A stretch of DNA of 62,948 nucleotides, filler included, from Ministeria vibrans ATCC 50519 (GCA_943704425.1; 11 parts of 11 records of this genome joined end to end with filler, not necessarily neighbours in it); one strand, 5' to 3'. Numbered from the whole stretch's first letter, positions 15,226 to 28,248 are shown. Notes: generated by a model not told the origin, from the letters alone. Numbers and translations are program-made.

Positions 15226-15430
15226 CAAAACCTCGTCTGTGCGCAGGGAGCGACGCATCTCGAGTGGTGATGACAGCAGCAGACACAGCGGCAGTGAGAA
15301 CGACGAGGGCGGCGTCGAGGGTGGCGGCGGTGGGATACTGAGAACGTCCAGTTACTCCTTTGGAGGGGCGCTCGACGAGACACAGCTCGCCAAGTCTCTC
15401 ATCACTTCCAAAGGTGCAGCATCGACGACC

Positions 15431-15464
<34 letters not shown>

Positions 15465-16236
15465 TGCCACGTACGAGACGACAGTCTACTGGCGCAGACA
15501 GCGACACCGCCCTGGTGGTGGACGATGGAGATATGCCGCCCGAGTCACCTCCGCCGCGACGCAAAACGCGAGCCAAGAGTCAGAACCTGCAAGCGGAGGA
15601 GAGTGAGGAAGACGACGAGGATGCAGAAGGCGACAGCGACAGCGACAAAATGTCAAGTGACTCGGCGAATGTACCGACGAAGAGGCTCGCAAAAAAGGGC
15701 AGTGCTTTCAGACCAAAGATGGTAGCACGGAAGGCAGACCAACAACCCAAACCAAAGGGTAGTGCGCCAGTACGACGCAAGGCACCGCACGCAACGACAG
15801 CAGTTGCCCTCGAACCCGGTCAGCGCACACTTCACCATGCATTTTCCGTCGCCGCCGCAAGTATGGCTATCACGTTGCAAGAGGTGACGGCGACACAGTC
15901 GGGAGACGACAGTGACAGCAGCCGATGCCATGGACAGGGGAGTTTGATGGGCCGTGCCGTCACCACAATGGGAAAGAACTCGGTGTCTGTGAACGCGTCG
16001 AGGTCCCTGTCGACAACCGCAACGACTGTGCCTGCCCTTGTGTCGTCGAGTGAACACTGGTCCGCGATGGTGCTCGCACAGCGCGGCAGTACCGCTCCCC
16101 TGCCGCTACCCTGTCCCATTGGCAGACCCTGGTCGGCACGCGACGCTCAATCGGCACTTGACACACAACAACTCAACTCACTGGTGTGTCTCTGCGAAGC
16201 TCTCGGCTCAGCAGTACACGAAGCGGCCCACACCAA

Positions 16237-16274
<38 letters not shown>

Positions 16275-17242
16275 TGCTCCACGAACGCATTATCGACGTT
16301 CTTGTGCACCTCTCTGCCTTGCCCGTTCCCAGCAGCCGAGCATGTGGCGATGACAGCGATACGTGCACTCCGGTCAAGACGACACACTTTGATCACACGG
16401 GCATCAATGAAGTCAAAACGGCCGTCAAGCGCAAGGCACAGTCGGCGTTTGTCGAGTCACTCTTTGAGACAGCCGCACCACGCACGAGCCGTCGCAATGC
16501 AGCTGCCGCCTCTACCGCCATTCCACTTGTCATTGACGATTCTGACTCGGACTTTGAGCCCGTGTCTAAGAAGGGTTCGCGCCAAGCCCCAAAGCGCAAC
16601 ACAGGCACAAGTGGAGACGCCACCACCAACGTGACCGTCGAGAGTGGTGGCAAAGTGAGTCAGGGATATGGTTACAACGAGGATGTCAACGACGATGGTG
16701 TCTTGGAGATTCCAGACGAAACGAACGCGCTGCCGGCAAAGAAACGTGCTCGCAAAGGAAATCCCTCTCGTTCTACCACCTCAGTTTTGAGCGCAACTCG
16801 CAAACGTTCACGACTCGACAGTGTCAATGACGAACTTGACGACGACAACAGCACCAGCAACGTTGACAGCGACAACTTTCCCGGCTCTCGACGTGCAGCG
16901 AAGAAGGCTAGACGGCGTGTTCACTTGGCGTTGGAGAGCAGCGACGTGGACGAGGAGGACATGGCCTATGAGAGCGACGTGGCCCTCCAGGCGGCGTTGA
17001 AAGAGTCCCAGCTCATGTCGCACCATGTTGACTCGAGCATGAGTCAGGATCTCTTTCCACACATTGTCGATCCACCCAAGCGTTGCGAGACGCGCTTTAT
17101 CAGCGATGAAGACGACGACAACGACCCTTTGGCTTCCTCGCCTGCTCCCCGCCCCCATCCGTCTGCCGCCGCAAAAGCAGCAATCGCTCGTGCTGCCGCT
17201 GCATCTACACCATCATCTACTACAACCACCAGGTCGGCAATG

Positions 17243-17301
<59 letters not shown>

Positions 17302-17863
17302 TGCCAGCGAGCCGGTGTCTCGTTCATCTCCTGCTGCCGCAGCCACCAGTGGCTCTAGCTCCAATACCCCATCACCCACGGACTTTCCCGATCCCCTTGT
17401 GCCATGTCCCCTTTGTACGAAACGTTTTCCTGAGAGCATTATCCAGCGACATGCCAACAGCTGTGCCGATAACCAAGCGCCGTTGTCTTCTCCGTCTCCG
17501 CCGCCTTTGCCTCACACTCTCACTCACGACAGCCTCGTCGAGCAAATGGACGAAGTGGAGGAGGTGAACACGCAGCAGTCGTGGTCGACTGACATGCCCT
17601 CGAGTTCTCCTGTTATCCCCACCACTCCCCTGACAGACCAGCTCAAGGAGCAGTTTGGCAAGCAGTTTGAAAAGGCAGTCAAGCCAGTTGCGCGTCGTCG
17701 CAAGCGGGTGCTCAACAGTGGACGTGTAAAGGCACACCTCGCGGCAAGCCACAATCCGTATGCTTCTGTAGGCGACGGGGATGATGACGGCATCGCCGAC
17801 GGACTCAATCTCATCAGCGGCACCGAGTCGTACTCCGCCATTGGTGGCCGTCAGAATCTCTGA
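15226..17863 (+). CDS. Large disordered nuclear protein with SIM-like, UIM and UBZ4 (Rad18-type) zinc finger; 5' end uncertain
   Basis: Long open exon containing PLVIDDSDSD, ESDVALQAALKESQ, VPCPLCTKRFPESIIQRHANSC and NLS-like PAKKRARK. Confidence 0.75.
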
Positions 17864-18083
17864 CGCATCCCAAGTTTATAATGTAAATTGTGAAATACTA
17901 ACATAATTTTTTCTAAAAAAAAAAAGGTTCATTTTGGTGTATATGGTGCTTATAATTAATTGCCTCACTTCATTTAGTTCATGTAGTTTTGAAAGATGGT
18001 CTTTTCTGTCAAAACAAAACTGTATTATTAAATTAAATAATTAATTATGTTTTACACAATATCACGATTGATCACGTGAAGAG

Positions 18084-21000
18084 CTATTGTTGTGCTCTCT
18101 CTCGCTCTGGCTTTTGCAGTGGCGGCAACGTCGACGTCGCGGCGACAGCATTGCTAATGCGCAGCGGTGCCTTGCGAGAGGCAATGGGCGGGTCTCGCTT
18201 GGCCACAGGCTTGATGGTGCTCACAGTGGGACGTATGGAGAGCACGGCGCCTGCAGACCCCGAATGTTGCGCCATGAGTTCGCCCTTGAGACGTTCGACT
18301 GTGCACGAGAGAGCCTCGACGGTTTCATCGCGCGCCGTAAGTGCCTCCTCAAGCTCGGTCACTCGGACAAGGTCTCGTTCGCGCGCCGATCGACAAGCAA
18401 TGCGCGACTCAAGTGACGCCACAACGTCGTCACGTGCGCGCAATGCCTCTTGCAAATCGGTCTCGCGACGCGTATACATCTCGTGCAACGCCTGCTCGCA
18501 CTTTTCCTTGTCCCTGGCCGCTCGCACTTCCGCTTCGCGCAGCTGTTCACGCCACTTGGACGCCTGTGCTTTCAGACGTTCGTCGGCTTGTTGCATCGCC
18601 TCTTCAACCGCGTTGGCGCCACTGCCCACCGCCGTCCCAAGTGCATGTTCGAGGCGCTGCTCGAGCACCCGCTGCTCTTGCTCCAAATGTACAACGCGCT
18701 TGCGTAACACTTGCGCCGCCTCCTTTTCCTCCTCCAGGGTCTCCTCCAGTCGATCACGTGACCGTTTTGCATCGTCGAGCTGCGCGACAAGCTCGAGTTT
18801 GCGTTCTTGCATTAACGACGCAGTCGGACCGGGCGATGTGGCCAATTGCAAGTTGGCTTCGACGGCGCCGTCGCTCTCAGGAGGGTATGATGCCAACGCT
18901 TCGCGCAAGTCTTCCATTTGACCGTTGAGGCGACGCACCTCAATAGTGTGTGCCTCCTCGAGGGTACGCAAGGCACTTGCAAGTTCGCGTGCACACTGTG
19001 CGCGCAGTTCCGTCATGGCACTCTCGTGTTCGGTGCGACGCTGGTGAGCGGCTGCCTCGAGCTCAAGGCGCACACTGCTCACAAGGGTTTCGGTGGCCGT
19101 GTCGCGAGCACTCAGGGCCGCCGCCATGTCGCTAAGGAGCGCGCGACGCAACTCTTCCATCTCGACTGCGTGTTGCTCGGTCGCCGTGCGCATCTTCGCT
19201 TCGTGCGAACTTTGCTCGCGGCTCAATTGCTCGCGCAACTGCTGACACTCCTTGCGATGTGACACCACCTCTTGACGACGCTGCTCGTGAGCCTCGCGCG
19301 ACACCTGTTCAGCCGCAACTGTTGCGTTGCTCGCGCGACGTTTCGCCTTACTCCCCTCTAATTCGGCCATGAGGTGCTGTTCGCGCGCGGTCCACTCGGC
19401 CTTCTCCTGCGCTCGCAAGGTCGTGTGGCTCTGGCGGAGCGTCGCGAGTTCACGCGCGTGTTGCTCGGAGAGTTTCTTGCGCTCTCGATCACCCACCAGT
19501 CCCAGTGTTTTGCGCAGTTTGCTTGCCTCCTGACTGAGGCGTTTGCTCCATGCCTCGTCCACACGTTGTGTTGCCATTTTGACTTTGGCGTCGAGGTCCA
19601 ATTGAAAGGCGCGTTCTGTGGACGCGGCGTGGTTGCGCAGTTCGGCGAGCTGATCGTCGAGTGTGCGCGTGCAGGCGTGTGCGTGCTTGAGTGTCGCATT
19701 GGCGTCCTGCAGCGCATGCTTGAGAGCTTGCACCTGACTTTGCAAGCCGTGCTTTTGGCGTCGATATTCCTCCATCTTGCGCTCCATGTGCTCCCAGCGT
19801 GCCTCACGTGCCGCCTCCTCGCGCTCTACCTCGCGCATCTTGGCCTCGAGGGTTTCTATCTGCTCGCGTTGCGCACAGCGGCACTCGTCCAGCGCAAGTG
19901 TCATTTTTCGTTGGTGTTCGGCCGCTTGGCGTGCAAGCGCAATGCGCACCTGTTCGGCCGTATTGTTTAACGCCGACGAATTGCTCGCGCTAGTGGCAAC
20001 TAGACTGTTTGCGGAGGTCGGCCCTGCAGCTGGACTGCTCTTTCGCAATTGTTCACACTCAGAGTGCGTTTTGCTCAAGGTCTGTTTCAGCTCACGCGTT
20101 TGTACTTCCGCCTCACCGAGTCTGCGGTGAAGCGCGTCGATGCTGGAGTCCCGTTCGCGCACCGCCTTTTGAAGTGCTTTCACCAGCTCTTCACTTGGAG
20201 TTATGGAAGCCTGTGCCATCTCGTTCAGCTGCTCTTGTAGGACGCGCGTAGCGGCTTGCGCTTCTCCGAGTGCCGCTTCGTGCAAGCGAGCGTTGCGTTC
20301 AAGCCGTTCGTTGAGCGATTGGCGCTCGAGTGTCCACTGTTTTGCAGCGTTATCGGCTCGCGCCAATCGCCCCTCGAGCACACGTCGTTCTGTGTCCCAC
20401 CTGGCGCTCGTACGTTCCCCGACCAATTGCAATTGAACCAACGCCGCCACGGCATCTTCTTCTTGTTGATCACACTGATCTGACAACGTTGATGTGTTTG
20501 TCTTGTCGACGGTGACTTGTTTCAGCGACGTTGTTGCACTAGTAACGACGTGCGCAGCAGCGACAGCCTGATTGGCAGCAGCAAGCTCTTGTAACTCCGA
20601 AAGCCTTTTGGTGAGCTCTCTCTCGTGGTGACTGCGCTCATCGTCGAGACGCGACTCCATTTCAGCTGTAAGACGACGGCGTTGCTCGTCGAGTGCTTCC
20701 GAAAGCGACTGCTGAGCGCACAGTTGTGCTGCACGAGCTTCCTGTTGGACACGCTCAAGTTGAGCGTTCGCTTCGTCGCAGCGCTCCTCCAGGCGTCTTT
20801 TTGTCTCTTTCGCCTGCTCACAGCTGTCGACTAGCCGTTGTTCCAACGACGCGAGTTGGTGGCGAAGCGCGCAAGCCCTTTGTGCTTCGATGGCGACTCG
20901 ATCGTCTGCGGTCGACTCGTATGCCTCAAGAGTCACTTGGTGCTCTTTTTGTAGCGTACTCAACTCGGAAGCGTGTTCGTCGGCACGTACATTGAGAGTA

Positions 21001-21185
21001 TATATCACTTTGGTGAGTTGAGCCACCTATGAGATAATTTTTTCTCTCCAAGTTGGTTTCCATAGCGACGGCGATCAAAAAAAAAAAGAAACACACACAC
21101 GTACTTTTCTTTGCATTCGATAGTGTAGTTCCTTATTATACAATCCTGCTGAGTCAACCTCCTCCTGTTCTTCAGGAGTGCTCAT
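18084..21185 (-). CDS. FAM184: FAM184-family coiled-coil protein
   Basis: N-terminus ELHYRMQRK|VAQLTKVIYTLNVRADEH matches the FAM184 signature (LHLKMSKKIAQLTKVIYALN); ~1000 aa of coiled coil; one intron ~21104-21027. Confidence 0.85.
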
Positions 21186-21276
21186 AGTATAAACTGTGTA
21201 AAACAAAACAAATTCGACTGATAAGTTTTTGTTATTTATTTCGCTTCTATACATATAACTGCATTGGACATTGGCC

Positions 21277-22719
21277 ATGTCCGATCGCAATATTGATGAT
21301 AGCGCAGGCCTAGGGTTGTCTCGATCGTTGGATTTGACGGATGATGACGACAGTGAAAAAATGTTGAGGCGACAATCCCATTCGAATTCGAAGGGAGGTC
21401 GCGATATCGATCGACGACGCACGACTGGCGGGACAGCAACGGCGCCACATGGACAAGGTGCAGCTGTGAGGATGAAAACAACACGACCCGCTTGGGTTGG
21501 TCCACTAGACTGGAGAGAACCCGTCGACTCGCCGAGTGTCATAGCAACGGCATCCAAGTCTTCGCGACGACATCAACAATGCGTGTCTGGCGAAGCACAG
21601 GAACGCTACTGCACAGCAGGGGCAGTTGATGCGGTCGAGAAAAGCAAAGACCGGTTGCGAACAATGCATGACGTTGGCGCACCCTACCGCCCAAGAGGAG
21701 GACAGCACACCTCAACAATAGCGACAACCACAACGTCGAGAGGTGCATCTAGTGCAGCTAGTGGTCCACGCCATACGGTGCCATCACGGGTGCAGCGGGC
21801 AGCCGCGGCAGCAGCTCTGGCTACAGCAACCGCCCTGAGTCGTCAAGGTGTATTCTTGAAAAAAAAGACAAAGAAAAAGCAGTCGAAGCAGGGTCGCTCC
21901 GAGTCGCAACGTCAGCAGTCTACACGCGAAGCAGCGCGCACAGTGTTGAAACTAGCCGAGGATCACTTCGTGGACTACTCGCGTCATCGACGGCGAACTC
22001 GCGCTTACGTGGAGAGCGATCAAGGTGAATATAGCGATCGCGAGCAGAAGATTGACGCTGAGCTACGTGCCAGTGTGCGGTATGCGTCGCAAACTTTGCG
22101 CACGCCGACGTTTGTTGGTCGGCAGCAGACGTCGACGCGACCGATTGCGTTGATGTCAACTTCGGTACGGCATGCCACGATACCAGCAGCGCGTGGTGAT
22201 GGTGGAGTGCCGACCGAAAGCCAGAGCACGCGTACCCGCGCGCGCGGCAGTGTCAGGACCACGAGTGCCCACGTACGCGTCGTGCAAGCTCGGGGGCTCT
22301 CAACGTGTAGAAAGCCTAGGGACGAGCTGGAGGGCACTGACTTACTCACGAGCAGTCTCAAGGCCCTTCAGTTGGCAGAGGAGCAGCTTAAAACGCCGGT
22401 GGGATCACGAAGGAAGAAGAGGGCGAAGAAGGTGGTCGAGACAACGTTAAAGGGGCGTCGGGAGCACACGAGCCATGAGAATGATCATGTGATGGACCAG
22501 CCAGGTGTAAACGTAAACGCAATTGGTCGACCGAAGACGTCGCGGGTGGTTTTGGCGACGTCGACAGGAGCACTGAGTGACAGCGAACAAGTTGAAGAAG
22601 ACGACCAAGAAGAAGCGACAGTGCGTGAATTAAGGGCCTCATTAAGCTCGAGCGGTAGCGACGACGTTGACGATGACAATGACGATGAAGATGATGAAAT
22701 TGATGATGAGCATGACTGA
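21277..22719 (+). CDS. Hypothetical basic, disordered protein with acidic tail
   Basis: Intronless ~480-codon ORF, divergent from FAM184; no domain recognised. Confidence 0.6.
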   Translation: MSDRNIDDSAGLGLSRSLDLTDDDDSEKMLRRQSHSNSKGGRDIDRRRTTGGTATAPHGQGAAVRMKTTRPAWVGPLDWREPVDSPSVIATASKSSRRHQQCVSGEAQERYCTAGAVDAVEKSKDRLRTMHDVGAPYRPRGGQHTSTIATTTTSRGASSAASGPRHTVPSRVQRAAAAAALATATALSRQGVFLKKKTKKKQSKQGRSESQRQQSTREAARTVLKLAEDHFVDYSRHRRRTRAYVESDQGEYSDREQKIDAELRASVRYASQTLRTPTFVGRQQTSTRPIALMSTSVRHATIPAARGDGGVPTESQSTRTRARGSVRTTSAHVRVVQARGLSTCRKPRDELEGTDLLTSSLKALQLAEEQLKTPVGSRRKKRAKKVVETTLKGRREHTSHENDHVMDQPGVNVNAIGRPKTSRVVLATSTGALSDSEQVEEDDQEEATVRELRASLSSSGSDDVDDDNDDEDDEIDDEHD

Positions 22720-22844
22720 CGAAGACTGTGTAATGTGAATGGAATAAGTTATTATTGAATATTGATCGAATCGACGTAAGAAATAATTATCCATGCTTAC
22801 ATTATCATTAATTATCATAATTTTTCATTCCTCTTTCTAGTTCC

Positions 22845-24730
22845 ATGAAGGTAAGGCATTTGGCGATCCGTTTGTTGTTGTTGTTAGTGGTGGTGGTGTT
22901 GGTGTACTGGTGTTTGGCAGTGCACGGTGCTCACCTGCGCTGGGGGCTTTGGGTGTGCAGAAGGCGGGCAAGGCGGCGAAGAAGGACGTCCATCCGCAGT
23001 TCTACGACTGGGTCATGCGCATGCCCAATGTTGAATTCATCGGAGAGTGCATGCTTCGCTTGATTGGCGACGACTACGAGAACGAATGTGCACCCGGTAG
23101 GCATTGCCGCAAACAACGAAACAAGAATCCTTTTTTTTTCATCTCACTTGTTGTGGTTGTGTGTGCGACGCAGACACGGACGAGGTGGACGCCCATCTGC
23201 CGCCTGTGCCGAAAACCCAGTACACCGACGTGGGTGCGGCCGCCGAGCAGGCTGACGAAGTCTATGAGAAGCTCAAAATGTCGCGAGAGGAAGACAGCAT
23301 CGACAAGTAAGAGAAAAACACGCTGTGACGCTGAAGGGCCGTCGGCCCGCTCAACCCCTCTTGTGTGTTGCAGGCGGTCGTCGACCATTCGCAAGATGGA
23401 AAAGAACAGCACGGACGAGCAGAAGACGGTCCAGTCGAGCTTTGTGCCTGAAGAGTTTGTGATGCCGCTCGAGGCCAAACCGATTCCTTTGCCGCCGGCG
23501 ACGCCCGCTGCGGCCTCTAAAGGAGCCCCCAAGGCGTTTGCACGAGTGTGCCATGGCGCGTTATCGCGAGAGGACATCGACGTGTTGCTGCAGCCGGAGT
23601 GTATTGGTACATATTTGGTGCGTGAAAGCACCAGTCGCAAAGGAGACTACGCACTTTCCTTGCGCATGGTCGCCAAGGTCAACCACTACAAGCTGGTGAT
23701 TGATGGGGAGAGCTTCAAAATTGGTAAGAATTGAAACGGGATAATAGTTGTGGACTAACAGGATGTGTGCATAGCGGGGCGCACATCGCAGTCTCGAGCG
23801 TGGACATCGCTGGATGACATGGTTCTGGATGGACTCAACAGTATGGACCCCGGATGGCAGCCCAAGCAACTTGAAATGGTACGGAGTACGAGTGTGGGCG
23901 AAAGAACAAAGTGACGGAGAAAGAGCGAGGGAGAGAGTGAGTGTGTGTGTATGTGTATGTATGTGTGTGTATGTGTGTGTGTGTGTAAAAAAAAATTATA
24001 TAATTATATTATATATATATATATGTGTGTGTGGCGTGTATGTCTTTGTGGTGTGTGTGTGTGGCGTGTATGTCTTTGTGGCGTGTGTGTGTGTGTTTGT
24101 GCGTTGAGTTTCCATGTAGATCAAAGCGAATCATGAGCGGAGGCAAAAGGAGCTGCTCAGTGCCCAGCGAGTCACTCAGATTGAGAATGATGAAGATCTC
24201 TACGAATCAACGGTACGTATAGTTTTCTCGTGTGTGTGTGCGTGTGTGTGTGTGTGTGGGGGGGGGTTGCGTGTTTTTTCGTTTTTTGTTTTGTTTTTTT
24301 GGGGCGTTAGATTTGTTGCTTTATTTATTTTTATCGACGCTGTGTGTGTGATGCTAAACCTTTATCATGACGACAGCCGCACCAAATCAAGTCGGTGAGT
24401 GAGGTGGCCAAGTCAAGCAACAAGAAGTCTAGTGCACCGACGACGCCGCCCGTGCCCCCGCCGACGTCCACGCCACCCGGCAAGAAGGGCGTCGATCGCC
24501 CGCCGTCGCTGCCCCCTGCGCGGGGCGCCGCTCGCGCCCCGTCTGTCCGTGGCACTCGTATGCACGCCTTCAAGCCCCGCAAGGAGATGAGCCCCGTCCC
24601 CTGCTCTGCCTGCAAGAAGCCTATCCTTTCTCTTGGCTTTGGGCGCACCATGTCCCTGCAGTGCAGCCAGTGCGGCGACTGTCAGCACGTCCTTTGTGCA
24701 AACCGCAAAAATTGCCGTGGTCCTAAATAA
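22845..24730 (+). CDS. SH2 + C1 domain protein (chimaerin-like SH2, no RhoGAP), about 7 exons
   Basis: SH2: CHGALSREDIDVLL...GTYLVRESTSRKGDYALSLRMVAKVNHYKLVIDG...SLDDMVLDGL. C1: HAFKPRKEMSPVPCSACKKPI...CSQCGDCQHVLC...C, then stop. Confidence 0.85.
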
Positions 24731-24843
24731 ACTGAAACAACCATAATATCCGTTTTCACCTTTCAAGCTTCTCATACCAATGTTTTTCAATTATTTTATT
24801 GTGTAAAATAATGAGTTTAAGACGGTATCCGCCCTCACGCAGA

Positions 24844-25132
24844 TTAGTCAAAGAAGCGAGCGCGAAGAACGGCCCAGAAGCCAATGTCAGCCTCCTTACA
24901 GCCGATGTCACTGCCCCGCAAACCTTGCAGCGCAAGCCCGTTACGTCCGCCCTGTGCTTTGTAGGTCTGAAGCTCATCTGGTGTCTGCGGCATGTACGTG
25001 CCCATCAACTGATCCAGCAGCTATAGTACCAATCCATTTAAACACCTCCTTTTATCGATTAAGAGACGTACCTTGAAGTTGAAGCCGTAGCAGCCGCGCA
25101 TGAATTTGTGGTGCGAGTCTACCAGAGAGAGA

Positions 25133-25212
<80 letters not shown>

Positions 25213-25639
25213 AAGTGAGAGAGAGAGAGAGAGAGTCAAAGAGAGAGAGAGTCAAAGTGAGAGAGAGAGAGAAGAGGGGGAGAAAGAAACAAAGTGATAG
25301 AGAGAGAGACAGAGAGAGAGAGAGGGAAAGGGAAAGAAAGAAGAGAGAAAGAAGCACAGTAATAGAGAGAGAAAAGTATGAGGGAAGAAAATGAGAGGTA
25401 AAAAATGAGTCAGTGGAGAGGGCAAAAAAAAAGATTCAAGCAACTGAAGAGGGTCGCACCGTGCATGCGTGGCCCGCCAATACCCAGGTAGCGCCGAGGG
25501 TCAAACACAAAGTCGTAGCCAGAATGGTCATAGTACGAATTGATAGTGATGTACGCAAGCCTGCAATTGCGAAGTCAGCATAGGAGAAAAAAATGAGACG
25601 GGAAGTGAGTGTGGAAGAGAACGTGTGTGAACGTGTGTA

Positions 25640-25723
<84 letters not shown>

Positions 25724-26946
25724 AAAGGAGGGAGAAAAACAAAGTGATAGAGAAAGAGAGAGAGGAGAAAAAACAAATAATAGAGAAAAAGAAACAATTA
25801 TTAATAATAGAGAAGAAACAAAGTAATAGAAAAAACTTGGTGATAGAGAGAGGAGAAGAGAAAAACAAAGTGATAAAGAGAAAAAGAAACAAAATGATAG
25901 AGAGAGAGGAGAAAAAAAAACAAATAATCACATGTAAAAAACAGTGATAGAAGAAACAAAGATAGAGAAAGTGACAGAGAGAGAGAAAAAGAAAGGAACA
26001 AAGCAAAATACGAGCGTACAACCTACCAAGTCCAATGTGTGAAAAGATGAACACGCGAGCCACCTAGAATAAGAGGGCCAATGACACGGGGCAGGCCCAT
26101 GATCAAGACCTCGCCAGGATGCATGTAGAGGTCGGCTAGAGCCCACGGCACCGTCAGACGGTGATGCACTCCATGGACGTGCTTGAAGAGCCACGGCGTG
26201 TGCATCAGCCGATGGACAACGTAGCCTGGAAGATCCTCACAGAGCACTGCACAGAAGGAATGAGGCGAGTTGGATACCTTTCGAGCACGTACTGAAGAAG
26301 GGGATGAAAAGGAACGCCTCGGCGAGACTCGGTAGCGGACTCATGTGCGTGAATCCTCGCCATTTAAAGAAAAGACCGCCCATACACACCATGGGGATGA
26401 TGGTGGTGACAAGGAGAAAGAGCGACTGCTTCGCACACATCCAACATTCGGCGGCCGTCGGATACTTGCGCGAGCGGTCGTGATGCCAGTGAACGCGTTG
26501 CGACTCCAGCACGGAGAACTGCCCAAGGTCAAAGATGGTAAAGACAATCGGAGGCAACGTGTTGCACACGATCATCAGGAGCGACGTACCTACGCAACGG
26601 CGAAAGACAGTCAACAGACTCACAACAACAGCAACACCAACTTCGTACCAACCGCAAAGACGTACTCAAACGAGTGCGGCTCCACGTAGCGAACCCAAAG
26701 AACAGCAAGTTTCGCGTCGATGGCGTCGATGATCCCCGTTCGCAGTGGCGCGGGAGGGAATGCAATGCAAAACAGCGCCGTCATCGCCACCGTCAGCTTC
26801 AGCACAATCGCAACGGACATCGCGACCCCGCTTCCGTCCCAATTAGTCGGCAGCACTGCAGTCTTGTCCAATGCTGTCGTCGTGGCGGTCGCGCAGGAGT
26901 TGGGCTCCGCCCCTGAGAGCGCCTTGCTTCGTCGAGTGCTCACCAT
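24844..26946 (-). CDS. Fatty acid hydroxylase/sterol desaturase superfamily, ERG25/methylsterol monooxygenase-like
   Basis: His boxes YVVHRLMH, HVHGVHH, YMHPGE, DHSGYDF and HD|LHHK, plus LLDQLMGT; about 6 exons. Confidence 0.88.
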
Positions 26947-27494
26947 CAACAAATCCTGGGGAAAAAAAAAAACTAAGAAATGGGAGTTAGAAAGGAGTTA
27001 TCACAGAACCAAAAATCATCGCTGAGTAGATCCTCTTCGATCGCCTGTTTCACGCAAGACTCCATATCCATTATCCACTGTATGAGTGGCACCCCACACC
27101 AATAGCAAACCATCATGTAGTCTTTCGAGACCCCTGGCCTTCAGCAACAGTACACCTTCCAATGTTCGAAGCAATAGTTCCAATTTGAAAGGAAAGAAGC
27201 CACTAATCAATAAATTAATCATCACTTGCTCGTGTGCGGCGCTGCTGTAGCAGAGCACCTCGGGGAAGTGGGAGCAGATCGGCCGTGCCGACGTGACGCT
27301 AGTCTGCCCAGATTTGCGCTTAAGCGAGAGGAAGACGTCGTGTACGCGGCCAAGCTGATTGCTTGAGTGACTGATCTGATGCTCATGAGTCATGACTGAT
27401 TGTGTTCTGATTGTGTACTGATTGTGTTCTGATCAAGTGTCGAAAAAAAAAAGTCGTAAAATTTCTTCTTAAAAATAATAATAAAAAGTCCGCC

Positions 27495-28248
27495 TTATTC
27501 TGTCGCCGCAGTCTCGCTGTCGACGTCACGGAAAGGCCATCCGTTGCTGCGCAAGTACACCAAGGCGCGTAGCGTTCGGTCGGACAGGCGACCAGCGCGG
27601 AAGGGTGTCGCGACGCGCCCTCCGCTACTGAACAAGCGCTCGCCCATCAAACTGCTGGCTGGCATACAGAGGTACGCATAGGCGAGCTGGCAAAGGTGGG
27701 GATACACGGTGCGGTTCTGCCACCACCACTCCAGGGCCACATCAGCAGCAGCAACGTTGTAGCCGGCGCGTACAATGTCTGGGGCGCTTGTCTTTGAAGT
27801 ACTTGTCCACCTCGTCGTCAAGCGCCTCCTTCGCCTTGCCCAGCCACTCCGCCTGCTCGAGTCCTGAAAAGTCGTTGAAGGGTGTAGAGTTGGCAGTCCT
27901 CGAGCGCTTTGGGCATGCGTCGCCATCGGTGTCATCGTCAGCAGCTGTTGTTGTTGTGCAGTCGATTGTCTCGTGTTGTCGTTTCTTGGCGCGCTGCTTG
28001 AAATGATCGGCAATGTCACCGCTGACAACACATCGTCGAGAATGCTCGTCGCTGTTGCGTGGTACTCCTTCGTTTCGGGGTCCTCGATCATGGGTGCGCG
28101 GACGAGATGTTCGGTAGTGGCGGCGTTGAGCCTCTCGATCTCGGCAAGGTGGGTTTCATACATGGTGGCAGCGAGCTTCTGAGAGAACGCTTCCTTCAGC
28201 TTCTTCTTCGTGGAAGAGACAGCCATGTGCTGCAGCCTGACAAACGGC
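27495..28248 (-). mobile_element. Degenerate hAT-superfamily transposase, C-terminal dimerization domain; truncated by contig end
   Basis: LEWWWQNRTVYPHLCQLAYAYLCMPASSLMGERLFSSGG...RLSDRTLRALVYLRSN; the EVDKYF segment lies in another frame. Confidence 0.88.

Noticed and set aside
18076-20995. Many long antisense ORFs over FAM184 and other GC-rich exons
   Set aside because: Expected shadow ORFs of GC-rich coding sequence; no motifs.
25052-26063. ORFs made of LSLSLS/ERERER/CVCVCV/IIII
   Set aside because: Translations of intronic microsatellites and satellites.
26590-26648. Apparent frameshift in the ERG25-like gene
   Set aside because: Resolved by a GT-AG intron.
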